Assembly: GCF_002571385.2 (NCBI RefSeq)
Contig: NW_019217844.1
Span: 38,322-102,321, forward strand
Reading direction: 5' to 3'
Origin: Stylophora pistillata
Taxonomy: Eukaryota
Length of the DNA: 64,000 nucleotides
How positions within the stretch are numbered: position 1 is the first letter of the stretch; each line of letters opens with the position of its first letter. The translations under genes and the position numbers were made by a program. Of the stretch, positions 24,362 through 37,900 are shown in pieces. Below the pieces are notes generated by a model. The model had not been told where the DNA came from and searched no databases. It saw only the letters and a program-made list of their open reading frames with translations.

Positions 24362-26181
24362 AGATTAAGTAAAGCATTTAAACCTTTCTGTGACCTCTTT
24401 TCGTCCGATGCTTGAGACGCCATGTAAATTGCAGCAGCCGCAACTGAAATGGGACTTCGACTAACGAGAAATAAAAGAACATTAAAATAATTGGTAAAAG
24501 AAAAAAATTACGATCCCATAACCATTTTAGGGTTTTCNNNNNNNNNNNNNNNNNNNNNNNNNNNNNNNNNNNNNNNNNNNNNNNNNNNNNNNNNNNNNNN
24601 NNNNNNNNNNNNNNNNNNNNNNNNNNNNNNNNNNNNNNNNNNNNNNNNNNNNNNNNNNNNNNNNNNNNNNNNNNNNTTGGTTGANTTTAGTTATTGGCCC
24701 TCTGACTGCCCGAGTCGTGTAATAAGATTAAGTAAAGCATTTAAACCTTTCTGTGACCTCTTTTCGTCCGATGCTTGAGACGCCATGTAAATTGCAGCAG
24801 CCGCAACTGAAATGGGACTTCGACTAACGAGAAATAAAAGAACATTAAAATAATTGGTAAAAGAAAAAAATTACGATCCCATAACCATTTTAGGGTTTTC
24901 TAAAAATAAAAGAGTAAATTAACGAATAAAACCTGGTTTAACTGTGCAGACCGTATCACTTCTTATATAGCCATTCTCAGCAAACCACAAAGAAAAGGAA
25001 GATCGTCGGTTGAATTCAACCCGAACTCGATTAACCTTAACCTTCCAACCCTAAAAATTATCTTGTGAATTCATTTCCCATTACGATACTCTCTTCTGTC
25101 ACTCGCAAAGACATACCGCATAGTAAATAATTCTGCGCAAATACCTTACATTTTTTTCCACCAACACCAGTATCATAAACGAACGTTGAGTTAATGATAC
25201 TGAATGAACTAAAAAAACTTACCCGGCACCAGATCTAAGTCAACCGCCTTCCGTGCGATGTGTGGCAGCCTTTTGTACGTGAGGTGGAAGACCAAGATTG
25301 GAACAAAACCTCGACTAAAAAGATCATAAGCCGAGAAAAGTTAATTTACTGTAGACGTGTAACGATTGATTGTTTAATGATTTTTATGTGAGTGTAAACA
25401 GGAGCACGCTGACTGGCTGATCAGTGAGCTCGCACTTAACGGAGTGGAGGTCTTTCTCATTCTAGGATGAGAGAGATAAAAGGAAGAGATGTTTTCACAG
25501 GATAACTGTAACGCTGCTCTGTCAATACGTCTTCAGTCTCACACATTTTTCAAAAAGCGGGAAAACGGGGATAAGAGAAGGCGCGTAAACTAAAAAGAAG
25601 GCTAGGAAATCCTAACTGAGAACCCTGCCAGTTTCATCGGGTAGGTGAGTCAACGTTCGTTAAATAATTTTGCCCTGAGGCAGTTTTTACCAGACATTAT
25701 TTTCTTCCATTTCCCAGGTCAGGGTTATGAGTATAAAACACATGGCCTTTGATAGGAGGTAACTCTTAGGGGTGGGGTAAGAGGGTTAACACATGGCCTT
25801 TGATAGGAGAGGCAGTGGTCGCTGAGGGTAGGGTGGCTCTGGCATATTTCATTTCACTGGGACCTCGCCTTCCTTTATTATCCCCTGGAAGTCTAGTCTG
25901 TCCAGGCTCACAAGGTTTTTTTTTTTCTTCGGCGAAAAGTGCGCGACAAGGAAAGCTGTCTTAATTACCTCCCTATATCTATAAATTTGAAACAATCATT
26001 GTTTGAAGTACCATGACGAACATAAGCTTTGGAAAAAGGGAATTTAACGATTGGCCTGAAAAAGTTCATTTCATATCCAGAGGTAATTCTGTTAGTTCTT
26101 CCTTTTTATTCAATTTAAGACTTGGTCTGGTGATATTAATATGTTAGTGACTGCACTACATTCTTGTTGTCTGCAATCTAG

Positions 26182-29100
26182 ATTCTCCTTATCCCAAGAC
26201 AGTTGCAGATCCCACCTCCCCTGAGCACAAACCAACTCTTCGAGAAAGACAAAGCAATTCCCAACATAGGATGGATAGAATTGCACCAATGCGACCTGAT
26301 GAGGTCTCCAAAGGGAAGGAACATGTCAATGCAGGTAATCTTCAATTGCTGAGAACCATTCAGACATGTAGTCTATTTTGCAGCTATTCTTTAGGACACT
26401 CCTACAAGGGTTATACATCACATTATGAACCCAAAGAATGGCTGCAAAGGAGACCATCAGACATGGATAAAAACACACATGCTAAAAAATCCTTTTTGGG
26501 GTTACTGGCATCTAAAAAGCCAGTAACTATAGTGGGTGTGTAAGTAAGCCAGACGTAGCCTTTTCAGAAAATTTTAGAGCAATCTGACACAAATAACTAA
26601 AAAAAAAGCACTGGCCCTACTCAAGTTCTTTCAATTGATTTTCACCATTAACACAAAAGTTTTTATTTAAAAAATGCTTTACTCCGTTTATACTTAGCAT
26701 GGTTGCATAAATATCGCATTCCAATGTAACAAAGTTTTGAGCTGCATGACTCTGAATATTGCTATGATCATGGTAAATCTGATGTGAAACTCAAGCTATG
26801 ACAACAAGCAAAGTTTATTGGCTGATTAATCTAATTATTTTACATTGTAGTCACCATCTGTCTTCTCATTGGCTAAATGCTCACGGTTAATTCTGGGCAG
26901 AGTTATGTTCTGGGAAACAGCGCAACCTACAGATTATTCACTAATCTATACCTACAGATTAGTGAATAATCTGTAGGTTGCGTGTGCAATGCATGATTTC
27001 CGATGGAGAAATGTCGAGTTCACGGACCGCAAAGTAAGAATGGCTTCTCGATTTGCTTCATCGACCCAGCAAGAAATTGAGAAATTACTTGAAGATAAAG
27101 ATTCGGAAAATACTAAAAGATCGACAAAAGTGGGGAAGGAACTGTTCTACGAATTCCTTAAAGAGGAAAATATCCAGGAGCCACACGACAAAAAGGAATC
27201 AGCCCAAGTGAAAATTTGTTTACCACACAGTTGTACATTTTTAAGTGTTCGGAAATAAACTGTGTTCGCTGCAATAATGCATTTGGCATCATTTTCTTAA
27301 AACAATGTATAATAAAACAATTATTGGATGAGGTTTTTGTAATATCCAGAATAATCAAGGTCTCGGTTAGAATTATCAGCCTCAGCCTTCAGTTTTGGCT
27401 GATAACACTTACCTCGACCTTGCTTATTCCGGATATCACAAAAACCTCATCCAATAATTGTTTATCATCTCATGTAAACAACAACTGCTGGATCAAACAG
27501 TGATTGAAACACTTTCTATAATTATGTAATTCAACTTATGACATTCATTGCCATCTCTCCAGACTTTTTAGGAGCTCTTGAGCAATCTCACAAAGTGAGA
27601 CTCAAAAGACATCAAGATTTTCTAAAGATCTTTCAGTGGACTTTCATCAGTATAATACATTCATTTGATAAAAATAATTAACTCTGTTTGAATTAAAAGC
27701 ATATTTCAGAAAAACAGATTTGAAGTTAGCAGGACTACACCAACTCAAATGTCCCTGTAACATGTTAAAACAGTAACAACATGTCCTTTCGGGGTATTTT
27801 TGTTTTGTTTTGTTTTGTCTTGTTTTTGTTGAATTCAAGGTAGGAATACCCTTAATTCTTTCTCAACGTCATCTTCAGGTTCATACGTGGAAAAATTAAT
27901 CGTCAGAAAAGAACTCATCATGGATGTGCTCTCCCTCTATTTGGATAGATCAATCTATCCAAAGTTCAGAGGTGCTCCACTCTTCGCACAACGTTGGGAG
28001 CATCTTGCAGACCAATGTAAAGTAGACGTTAAAGTAAAAAAGCAGTGTGGGAGCTTTGCTCATCTGAGCCCAAGTGAAGCTATGTTTGAATACTTGTGCC
28101 AATCTGGGAAGTCAGTTACAGTTGGAATCCTGAAACAATACCTCCTGGAAATTTCAAGAAAAGATGTTCACGATGAGCTGGCAAACAATCAGGATTTGCT
28201 TGGTATGAACAACATAATTTCTTGCACCCTTGAAGCACAATGACCATGTACTGTACTTTTTAAATTCACCCATATGTTTTGGTGTGCTTATTTTTGTACA
28301 CGAGGGACTGAAACCAGGAGCTGTTACAACTCTTCTTGTCCTCTCCTGATATAAACCATTTTATGCTAAAATGGGGATTCTTTGTAATTATTTTCACAAT
28401 TGTTTTCCAGATGATGCCAATGTGAATGACCTTTGCGATAAACATCCTGAAACACTGTGGAATGTTTGTTTAAACCTCGATGACATGCGTTCTGTCAGTC
28501 ACTGGTATCACTTAGGTCTGAAGATAGGTATCAATGGTGAAAGACTCAAAAGCTTTAAGGATCCCTCTGAATTTAGCCCTAGCCAGGCAATCTTAGAAAA
28601 GATCGAGACACTGAGGCCACAGCTTCCATTAACAGAAATGCAAATGGTTCTGAAAGAATTGGAAAAGTGGATACCAGGCATAGGCAATGTGCTGAATGAT
28701 TTACTAGGTAATTTAAGAACGAAATCTAAACATAATTCTCACTCTATATCTTATGTGAAGGAAGGAAGTAAGATTCAACATTTGATAAGACAGCTAATTC
28801 ATTTAATTCCTTCTTCTATTTTTCAGGGTTTTTTTGGTGAATCACTTTTGGTTAAGCACTTGCCTTAGGTTCTATTTAAAACAGTATGAATCTCCTCTGC
28901 TAACAATACTGGAGAAAAAAGTCAGAGAAAACTCAAAACAGTTATGGTATATTGACATCCTGAGGTGCTTACTGTGACGGAGGCAGGTTCTGATGTTGTT
29001 ATTTGAACAACGAGACAGACTTGTAGCCACAATAAAATTTATTTATACAGGAAAGTACAAAAGAAGTAATACTGATTAAAAGAAAGGGTGATTGCAAGCT

Positions 29101-31660
29101 AAAAGAAATAATAAATGACAAATAGCAAATCAATAATTCAAAATAATGAAATAAAACAATTAGTAAAAAATATAATCCATTGTCATACAATAGCAAGGCA
29201 CTAACACGACAATTTTAAAGCATTGCATGACAGAACAGTAATCATTGTGTGACATTTAAAAGACTTAATCCTATTAACCAAATATAGAACTATTGAATGG
29301 TGGGCTATTCTTAGAATTATACATGAAATGACTGAAAACAAGTCAATACTGATAAAACAATAGCTAAAAACAACATAACATTAGATAAGACTAATTTCAA
29401 TCACAATTTCATATTTCCCTTTGACTTAAAAACTAGGAAGACTGGCAAAATCTCTTTCTGTGATAGGACAACATCTGTCATTACTGATGAACTAAACAAT
29501 GAAGACTGTAGTGAAATATCTGATTTCACCAATGAACTTTAAGTCAAGTATACAGATAAATGCAATGTTCTGAAAGCTGAATGCAATCTTGACACATTTT
29601 GAACATGAATCAACTAATATAAGGATTCAAGCAAAGACTAAACAATTGGATTGAGATAAGTACACATGAACCATATTATTCTTGAACTCAAACTGTAAGA
29701 CATACAATAATAGGTCAAATGTGACATACCAAATCCTCAGTAAAATAGGGCACTAACTTGAGGTTACATGTACTGGAGTTTACTTTTTTTGTGACCAAGA
29801 GGTTCTGGGCTTGTAAGTGCTGGTCTTGACACTCTGAACTACTGAGTTAAACTAACTGTACTTCTTTTATGAGGAATCGAAAAATAGCAGGAAATTCTTT
29901 AAAATTTTGGAAGTTAGGTGCAATCATTCTAAAGGAAATTTAGCAGCAAATCCTGTGTTTAGGATGATTTGGTTATCATAGGAAATAGTTAAGTGTGATG
30001 GTGCAAGTTAAAGGAAATTTATGATGCAAATCCTGTGTGTGTGTGTGATAATTTGATTATCATAGGTAATAGTTAGGTGTGATGGTGCAACTTAAAGGAA
30101 ATTTATGATGCAAATCCTGTGTGTATGATAATTTGATTATCATAGGAAATAGTTTCTGAAGATGTAATTCTAAAATTACAACAAAAAATATTGCAATGTC
30201 ATGCACAATTGTGAGCCTGGTCACATTACAATTCAGTTTAAAAAATGGAGGTGATTGCTCAGAGTTCAAAAAGCAGAGCAGATAGTATACCAACGTACAT
30301 GCTGGAAATAAGACGCTGTTCCTAGAAAGACTTCATCTTGACTGACAGTAACACACACTGGATAAGTGAAGGATTACATGTAGTTGTATAACCAACCTGC
30401 CTGTTGGTCAAATTTAAGGAGATTCTTTAAGTTCCTCAGTCTGACAAGTGTAATATTTTTTATATGAGCTACAAGTAAGAGAAATGTTAGAAAAATTGTC
30501 ATTCTAACTTAATTTTCTGTCATTAAGCAATAGCTTACTGAATAAACACAAACCTAACTCAAATACAATGATTCGAAATATATGAAGTTCATATATTTTG
30601 AACTGTGGTAGTAGATACGTATGGTGGCCTGATTTTTTTCAGGTCTGCTTTTCACTATTGCTTAAATAGCGCTATCTACTGCAAGGATCGTGCATCATAC
30701 GTACAAACCTAACTGTTAAGAAAAAATTCAGTTCATTGGTTATATTGGAGTGGGGGTTTACTAGAAAAAGGAAATTTCCTTAAGTGCATTCTTGAAGATC
30801 CACATTTGTGATCTACCATGAATAATTATAATAGATATTTGCTTTAACTGTAGATCCAAGTAGTACCATTAAGACCTTACTGGATGAGCTAGATGTTGTG
30901 GGAAAATTGACAGCTCTTTTAGACATTGAGGAAAGAGCTTGGATGCAGTTTGGTTGCAAGCTGGGGATGAATAGACTAGAGTTAAACAGTCTAAGGGAAG
31001 AAGGCCCACCAAGCCCTACAAAACTATTGATGAAACACATTGTTGCTAGGGAACCAGACCTTACCATGAAGTTTTTCCTGGGAGCCCTGGCAAACATCAA
31101 ACGCTTTGATGTCATAAACGAGCTCAAACAATTCTTTGTTGGTAAGATTATAGCTTACTTCAGGATAATTATTAAACCATTACCTGTCCTTAAAATGACA
31201 ATTTACATCAGAAGTTTGGTGGATTAGGCAAGATCCCAACTGAGAATTAGGGAATGCAATCTACAGTTTCTAAATAAAACTTGAACAATTTATACCAAGA
31301 TTCAAAACTATTCGGACCAGAGTTTTGAAATGAGCATTATTTGCATCAATATCAAGACAAAGTCGTGATTTTTTTATGACAACAAATCCTGTGCTGTTTT
31401 TTGCATTGACATCAAAGTAAAGATAGTGGCCACTCTGACAGACTCAGATCTGCAGTGGTAGTTACTGTCAAAGATTTTTTTTTTAAAAAAAAACCTACAT
31501 TTAGGGAAAGCTAAAAATGTCAGAAAAATAGGACAAATTTACTTTATATCTGATCTTATAATAAATCTTAATATATTTTTTTCATATTTCAGAAAATGAT
31601 ATAGACAACATATTGAGGGAAGGAAACCACTTACAACAAGATAACATCTCCCTACTCTAA
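26182..31660 (+). CDS. Second death-domain cassette with no visible first exon: linker exon 26182-26334, death-domain-like exons 27879-28202, 28411-28707, 30854-31141, terminal exon 31593-31660
   Basis: All exons open, GT-AG, phase 1/1. Motifs QRWEHLADQC...SPSEAMFEYL...RKDV; HWYHLGLKIGI...SPSQAILEKI; AWMQFGCKLGM...SPTKLLMKHI...RFDV. Same exon layout as 11132-18902. Confidence 0.75.
26830..27463 (+). mobile_element. Crypton-like (tyrosine-recombinase transposon) non-autonomous relic with terminal hairpin
   Basis: Truncated ORF from 27040, MASRFASSTQQEIEKLLEDKDSENTKRSTKVGKELFYEFLKE, resembles the N-terminus of Crypton/DUF3504-type proteins; hairpin of about 150 bp, AAACAATTATTGGATGAGG...CCTCATCCAATAATTGTTT. 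Confidence 0.55.
28973..29770 (-). mobile_element. Probable solo LTR in reverse orientation; right boundary uncertain
   Basis: Reverse complement ends ...AATAAA...CCGTCACA; strand-skewed composition mirrors the LTR at 6957-7988; no TSD confirmed. Confidence 0.4.
29946..30154. repeat. Tandem repeat, unit of about 80 bp, 2.5 copies
   Basis: GCAAATCCTGTGT...TTATCATAGG.AATAGTT repeated. Confidence 0.8.
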
Positions 31661-33607
31661 GTGCTTTTATTTAAATCAACACAGAAAGATAGTACCTTCA
31701 AAAAAAATACAATCTAAGCCTACTGCTAAATGGTACACAGATTGACGACTTGTTGTATCAACATAATTCATTAACAGGAAACCCATCACAAATAGAAAAA
31801 CTTCACATTTTTGTATTTACTAAGAAGACTCTGTTTAAGTACAGGAAAGATAGTGGTGGGTTAACATTAGTCCACAATGATAAAAAAGAAAAAAAAAGCA
31901 TGGAAATAGTACATAAACAGGAGAGTGGGACATCAAAGGTAACGGTAGATGGAAGACTAAAAAGAGGGTTCCCTAGACCTTTTTTTAAAACTTAGTCACA
32001 TTAAAATACTTGGCCTTATCACTCAAAAATAACATCCAAAACTATTTCACATTCACATGAAATTCAAGACAGTGTGTTTCAAATTCACAAATCAATACTT
32101 TACTCTATCTGACCTGTTTACAAAGCTGTTAATCTTCCAAGTTTGACTCTGCAAAATCACATCACGCTTAACTAAATGGTTTACAAATCACTTCCAATTC
32201 AGCTCTTCATTCATGGTTTGTTTAAATAAAATTTTTTTCACATAAACATGAAAAGATTTTAGAATCTTAAATCACAATTCACAAATCAAAAAAATTTAAA
32301 TCATGATTCACCAAGAAAAAAGAGCACCTGATCACACTTCATGTAAAAAGTCTAGGGGAACCTCTAAGAAACAATTTTTGAGGACAAATTTTAGTATAAG
32401 TATTTGTATACTATAGTTGATCAGTGATAACGTTGTGGTTAAGACTTTTTCAGGATTTTACTTTTTGCCAATTATAAGATAGCTTCGATTAGAATAAAAT
32501 TTAAAAAAAGGAATCGAAAATGTTATAAAGAGGGAAAAACTTGAACCACAATATAAGATCTAAGTGCTTACTAATTATTTTTTGCATAACTCATATTCAT
32601 TTCTTTCATCCTTTATTTTTTCATACCTCCTTGTTAGTGTTTTTTTGTTAGCATTTTCTTTGCCAGTTAAAAGTTTTTTCCATGTTTCTAATACCCCACA
32701 TTATTTCACTGTTCTTTTGTATTTAAAGCCAGTTTCTTCTTTGCATAATCCCTTTTTAAAGTCAGTTTATCCACAGTCACACTTGTCACAGTTCTCTGTT
32801 TTAAAAGTATTCCAGTCATTCACCGCTGCAGATTTAATATCAAGCATTATCAATGTAAGTATGTTTGCTGTTTCCCTTTATTTGTATCATTTTTTCATGT
32901 TTGTAACTTGTTTATGTTAGTTAACTTCTTTCTCTGTTTTTAGTTTCAAACTACTTCTACTCCTACTTATGCTAGTATTTATACATATTCAAGTTGAAAC
33001 AACAACATAAGAAGATATTGAATAAAGCAACATTGGATTCTTGATAGCTGGTACTTCTATTCTTTAATTTGCATTCTGTAACAAGCATGAGAAAATCTTA
33101 AGTGAATGTAGTAAAATGTAATGAAATCCTGTGATTATCCAATAGTCATAACATGTTGACAAACATGGGATTGGACAAGTCAGACAAGCTTATTACTCAC
33201 TAGGAAATTTCACAGCTACCTCACCTTCAATCATATTCCTGTCCTATGGATCATTCATCAAATAATTTCTTTCAAACTCTCTTCACTCAAAACAATCACA
33301 TCTGGAGAGCTTAAATGTGTGCAAATTGACCATGCAGTTGTAAGGTCTAACTGAGTGCTAAATACACAGTAGACCCATGAGGAAAAAGATCAGCTGGACC
33401 CCAAGGCTGTAAAATGCTGGAAGATACTGGAATTTTAAATTTGTTATAGATTGATGTTGTAATATTCTGTTGCTCTGCAATTAACTGTTGTTGTGTTACA
33501 ATAGAAGGGTGCCCATGGGTGTATGTAATTTCATAGTTAAATATTATCCAAACTTACTGGTATTATCTAGTACAAATCCTTATATTTACCAAAATTATCT
33601 CATTTAG

Positions 33608-34036
33608 GGCCTTTCCACACTAGAAGACAAAACTAAAATTGTCCTGACAAAACCAAAGGACAAATTCCAATGAGCAGCATATGGAATCCAACTTCAATTT
33701 CCAGGATTCATCCTTTGTTGTTTTGAAGTTTAAGCATCTCCAAGTTTGCAACAAATTGACAACTATTGCCTTCCTATTAAACTGATTACAGTTCAATTAC
33801 ACACTTGTCGTGGCTCTTATGACAAACAATCAACAAGTTTATCATGGTTTTGTTCATATAATGAATTTTGTCCAGTTTTTATCCAAGGCAAATTTTGTCA
33901 GCCGTACATTTGAGGATTTGTCCACATTCCCCAAAATTTGTCAAGTCGTAACAAAACATCTGCACTTGTAAAATGTTGGTGCTGACAGAAAATTTGTCTC
34001 AGTAAACAATTTTTTTTGCCAGTGCAGAATGGCCCT
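33608..34036. mobile_element. Harbinger-like MITE
   Basis: TTA|GGGCCTTTCCACACT...AGTGCAGAATGGCCC|TTA. Confidence 0.65.
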
Positions 34037-34801
34037 TATACTCATTCTACATAATATAAACTATGTTTGATATTTATCAGCACATAATTTTGTACTTCAA
34101 TAAATGTAAAAAAAAAATGAACATTTTGTATATTCAACATTAATTAAGGAAACTTGTCTTGCTTGTATAATCTGCTGTTAAGGGAACCCTTGTAATCACA
34201 GTGATTTTATATGAAGTACCTTGTGTAGCTGGCATGTGGAGCACAGACTAGCAGAGTCATTAGAGGCTTGGGATGGGAAATTGGAGAAGTTGTCTGAAGG
34301 AGTGTCACACAAAAATTCATCAAGATATATACCAAGCAGTATCTCCGGATAAAATAATAAAAGCACTCGCTCTGGACACCATATATGGAAAGGAAAATAG
34401 GATACCCAATCTTTTGAGTATCTGCCTTCTCAGCTGACCATATTGACTGATGCCATCATTGCATTCATGGAGACTGTTGTATGGTTGCATTTGATTTAAA
34501 TTGTCATATGCTGGGTCCAAAAAGTATTTTGTTCTCAGTAGCTGTGCTACAAATGCTCAGTGTAGGCTTGTGAATTTTGATAACAATCAGCAATGATGTT
34601 ACTAAAGACAGGTTGAATACTTGTCATCACAACTGAATTTGACCTTAGCAACCTTTATGACCTCTTTGGGTCATAAGTTCTCTGTGGGACCAGTAGGTAT
34701 TTGTTTGTAGGACAGTAAAGCCATTTGATTGTGTCAGCAGTCCTTATCATTAGATTAGTCCTCGCGACGATGTTTACTTTCCTCTTTCCTTCTAATTAAC
34801 T

Positions 34802-34986
34802 ATAAACCAATTTCATAAATGGCTGCCGGATTAATATTCTTTTGTTTAAATTTAAATTAGCCCTACTGGCCTCGTTCTCCAGTACAAAATTCAAAGGAAT
34901 ACATTATCTCAAGCGAGGCCAGAAGGGCTAATTTAAATCTAAACAAAAGAGTACTTATACGGCAGCCATTTATGAAAGTGGTCTAT
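34802..34986. mobile_element. Short TIR MITE
   Basis: ATAAACCAATTTCATAAATGGCTGCCG...CGGCAGCCATTTATGAAAGTGGTCTAT. Confidence 0.8.
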
Positions 34987-37900
34987 GGTGGTCTTCCACC
35001 TTGATCTTACTATAAAAGCACATAACTGTTCACTGAGGTGCCAAAATTTTGACTAATACCTTGTCAAGAACGTGACAGACTTTTTCGTAAGATCCCAATT
35101 AAAAACCGAGGAACCATTACATTTAGAAAATGTGACGCGGGGCACGGAAAGATTGGCGGGTAACACCACGTACACTTTACCAAAACAAGGCAGTTGTATC
35201 AAGGGTCAACTGTAATTTTTACCATCGTTTTCTCTTACTAAATAACTATAAGATGATGAAGTATGAGGTTACACTGAAATCTTGCCTTAGAATTTTGGAA
35301 AGTGTCCTCAATTAGTGGTTAACAGCTAACAGATTGAATTCAGAATATTACTATGACCTAACGAGTGTTGCATACCATTGGTAGCAAGCGAAGTTAATGA
35401 TGTCAGCCAGTCAAGGATGAATGAAATGACGAATGTTCGACGATGAGAGCACCATCTAACTCTCCATCCCTGTAAACGAAAGCAATTTCGATTTGTAGAG
35501 AAACATAATGAAACGAGGCGGGTCAGATAGTGGCGAAGAAGGCATAGTAGATAGTACTCGGCTGTTTCGATGCTCCAGTTGTCCTGTAAAGGCCTGGGTT
35601 CTGCATCTGCGCACGAGAGTGACCATTGGGAGGTTGTGCGAATAGGGTAAGTGAGTAGGAAAAAGAAAGAAAATAAGTTGGAAGGATTTCCTACTACTTA
35701 GAGTTTTCCGTATTGGTTGCAAGCACCATCTGTCTGGGATGAAGTTGTGCGCCTAAAAAAATTAACGACACAATAATCTCTAGGAAGTCAAGCACCATCA
35801 ACCTCAAAATCTCAGTCCACACTCTTTAAAAACTGATAATCACCGCAGCTACACAGTTACAGTTTACCGACCACAGTTATAGCATATGATCATCCCTTTT
35901 CTCTTGATAAAAATCGTTGATTCTTGGGGCTTCTACTAGAAACCAAGATGATGTGTAATAGCGTTGAAGAGTATTATATTGCACGTATAGGATTTTTATT
36001 GAAATTTTCAATTTTAATGCGCTAGAAAAGAACTTATTATTAAATTAAATTAAAATAGTTGTAGATGTAGATGTGCAGAGGTCTGTGAACTATTCAACCG
36101 ATAACTAACTTCTTTTACTGTGTAGGAGTATATACGGGTTATGGAAAAGACTTTGGAGATTGCTGACGAGTATGTTCCCATTCACGCCGGAACAATGTTT
36201 CTTTACACTTTGTACTGCATGTGAACCGTGGACAAGTTAGACAAGGGTGGCAAATTCGTGAGTGAGGCGTGATTAGCTCCTGAAATACATGTGACCCGTA
36301 AATTTTTCTTTCAGTTCGTGAAAACCTCAAGATTTTCTTTGAAAGAGAACTACTCGAATAGCAGATTCATTTTCGTGTTCTCAACAGGTGAATCGGGTGC
36401 ATGATATTCTTGTTTCCACAGGCACCTTACAACTCACTCATTTTCGTACCAGTTTTTTGCCCATATACTGTCTTTTTCTCAATTCAAAGAGTCAATAAAA
36501 TAATTACAGACCATTCCACTATACATGTCCAAAACACACAAACAGATTCCCATTCCACTCAATCACAAAAGAACCTGACACGCCTATTGGAATCGTAGGA
36601 TACGTAAATATTTTTAAATCATTATTTCTCCGATCAGTTTTCTTTGTACGACCCTCAATTCATGTCTTAAAATGTTTATTTTAGCTGTTAGCAATAAGAT
36701 GAAAGTTGTGTTGCCAATTCAGTTTTGTATTTTGACTCCCTTTACCTCGTTATGCACTTGAACTTTAGCCAACCTCTGTTTACTGGTCAATCTCTCTAAG
36801 AGGTCATATGGTCATTTATTAAGGTACTGTAAGTAATTTATGTAACATATTGAAAGGAGTGTAATATGTCGTTACGTAATATAAATGTAGAGTGTCGCGT
36901 TCCCGATGCCGCAGACACGTGGTGTTGTGTATCGGAGTTCGCCAGTATAACCACAGTGATGAACTTTAGACAAGTAGCAGCATCAAACTCTTTATTCACT
37001 AAGCTGGCAGTCTTTGTACAGCACAGGCGGTAAAAACTATAGAACGGATACATGAAGGTTCGATATAAGGAAAACCGAAAGACTACGAAACTAGAAAGGA
37101 TAAAAATGAGGAATATTACAAGCGTAACTTACATCGGATCTTGACTCCGGGGTAGAAACTCCTAAACTCCGTTCGGCTCCGAAATGCTTTCGCTACAATG
37201 ACTCCTCGCAACTGAACTACTTGCTAATAGAAGGCGAATTTAGATCTTACACTTTGACGTAGGGGAAATAGAAGTGAACAGAGCTTTGTGTAGCTAGCTT
37301 CGAGCGGATATTCGCTAGCCACGGAATAGAAATCAAACAAAGCGCGCTAATACACTTAATACAAAGTCATTGAAAGTTTCTTAGTGTCTTTGTGCTAAAA
37401 ACGGAAGATTTACATAAGTAAAAGAGATTGGAGTTCGTATCCGTAAACGTGACATAGAGTATCGTGTACATAGTGGAAGTAATTGATAGTAAGTCATCTG
37501 CCGTAATCAAGTTTATTGTAAACTATACTTTGTTTGTGGTGTGTTCTCAGTAAACTATTGTAAGCAACGTACTGTAACTGAGTCCTGTAGTGTACTGTAA
37601 GTAGAGTAATGTTTTGTAAAATGCCAAGAAAATAAAAAAAATTCCAAAAAAAAAAAAAATGGTCATTTCGTGAAGGCCACTTCTCATAATAGAGGTTTGA
37701 CTGTAATTCCAGGGAAAACGAAGGTATTTATACCCTACCCTACAAGAGCACTACATCTATTTTCCACAAGTTTTACTTGCAATGTATTTTAAAATTTATA
37801 ATATATCTAAAAAGTAAATACAAAAGACATCTCTGCGAATATTGATTATCGTCTATAGACCCTGTTTATTTGTACAATGCAAAACGGGTTCTCATTTTCA

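Larger units (their letters stand above)
22422..25956 (-). pseudogene. Partial TFIIB duplicate B (3' UTR, exons 10, 9, 8 and most of intron 7)
   Basis: Colinear with about 37730-40166; [25 protein letters not shown] has a GAA>TAA stop at 23427-23429; small deletions in the exon-8 copy; exons 1-7 absent. Confidence 0.92.

Noticed and set aside
24313-24900. Exact direct repeat including the TFIIB exon-9 copy on both sides of an N gap
   Set aside because: Typical unmerged contig overlap; most likely a scaffolding artefact
34200-36600. Short ORFs and splice-like signals between the second cassette and the TFIIB 3' end
   Set aside because: Could not assemble a consistent frame or recognise any domain
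36841-37640. LTR-like segment beginning TGTAAC
   Set aside because: No matching CA terminus with TSD could be established
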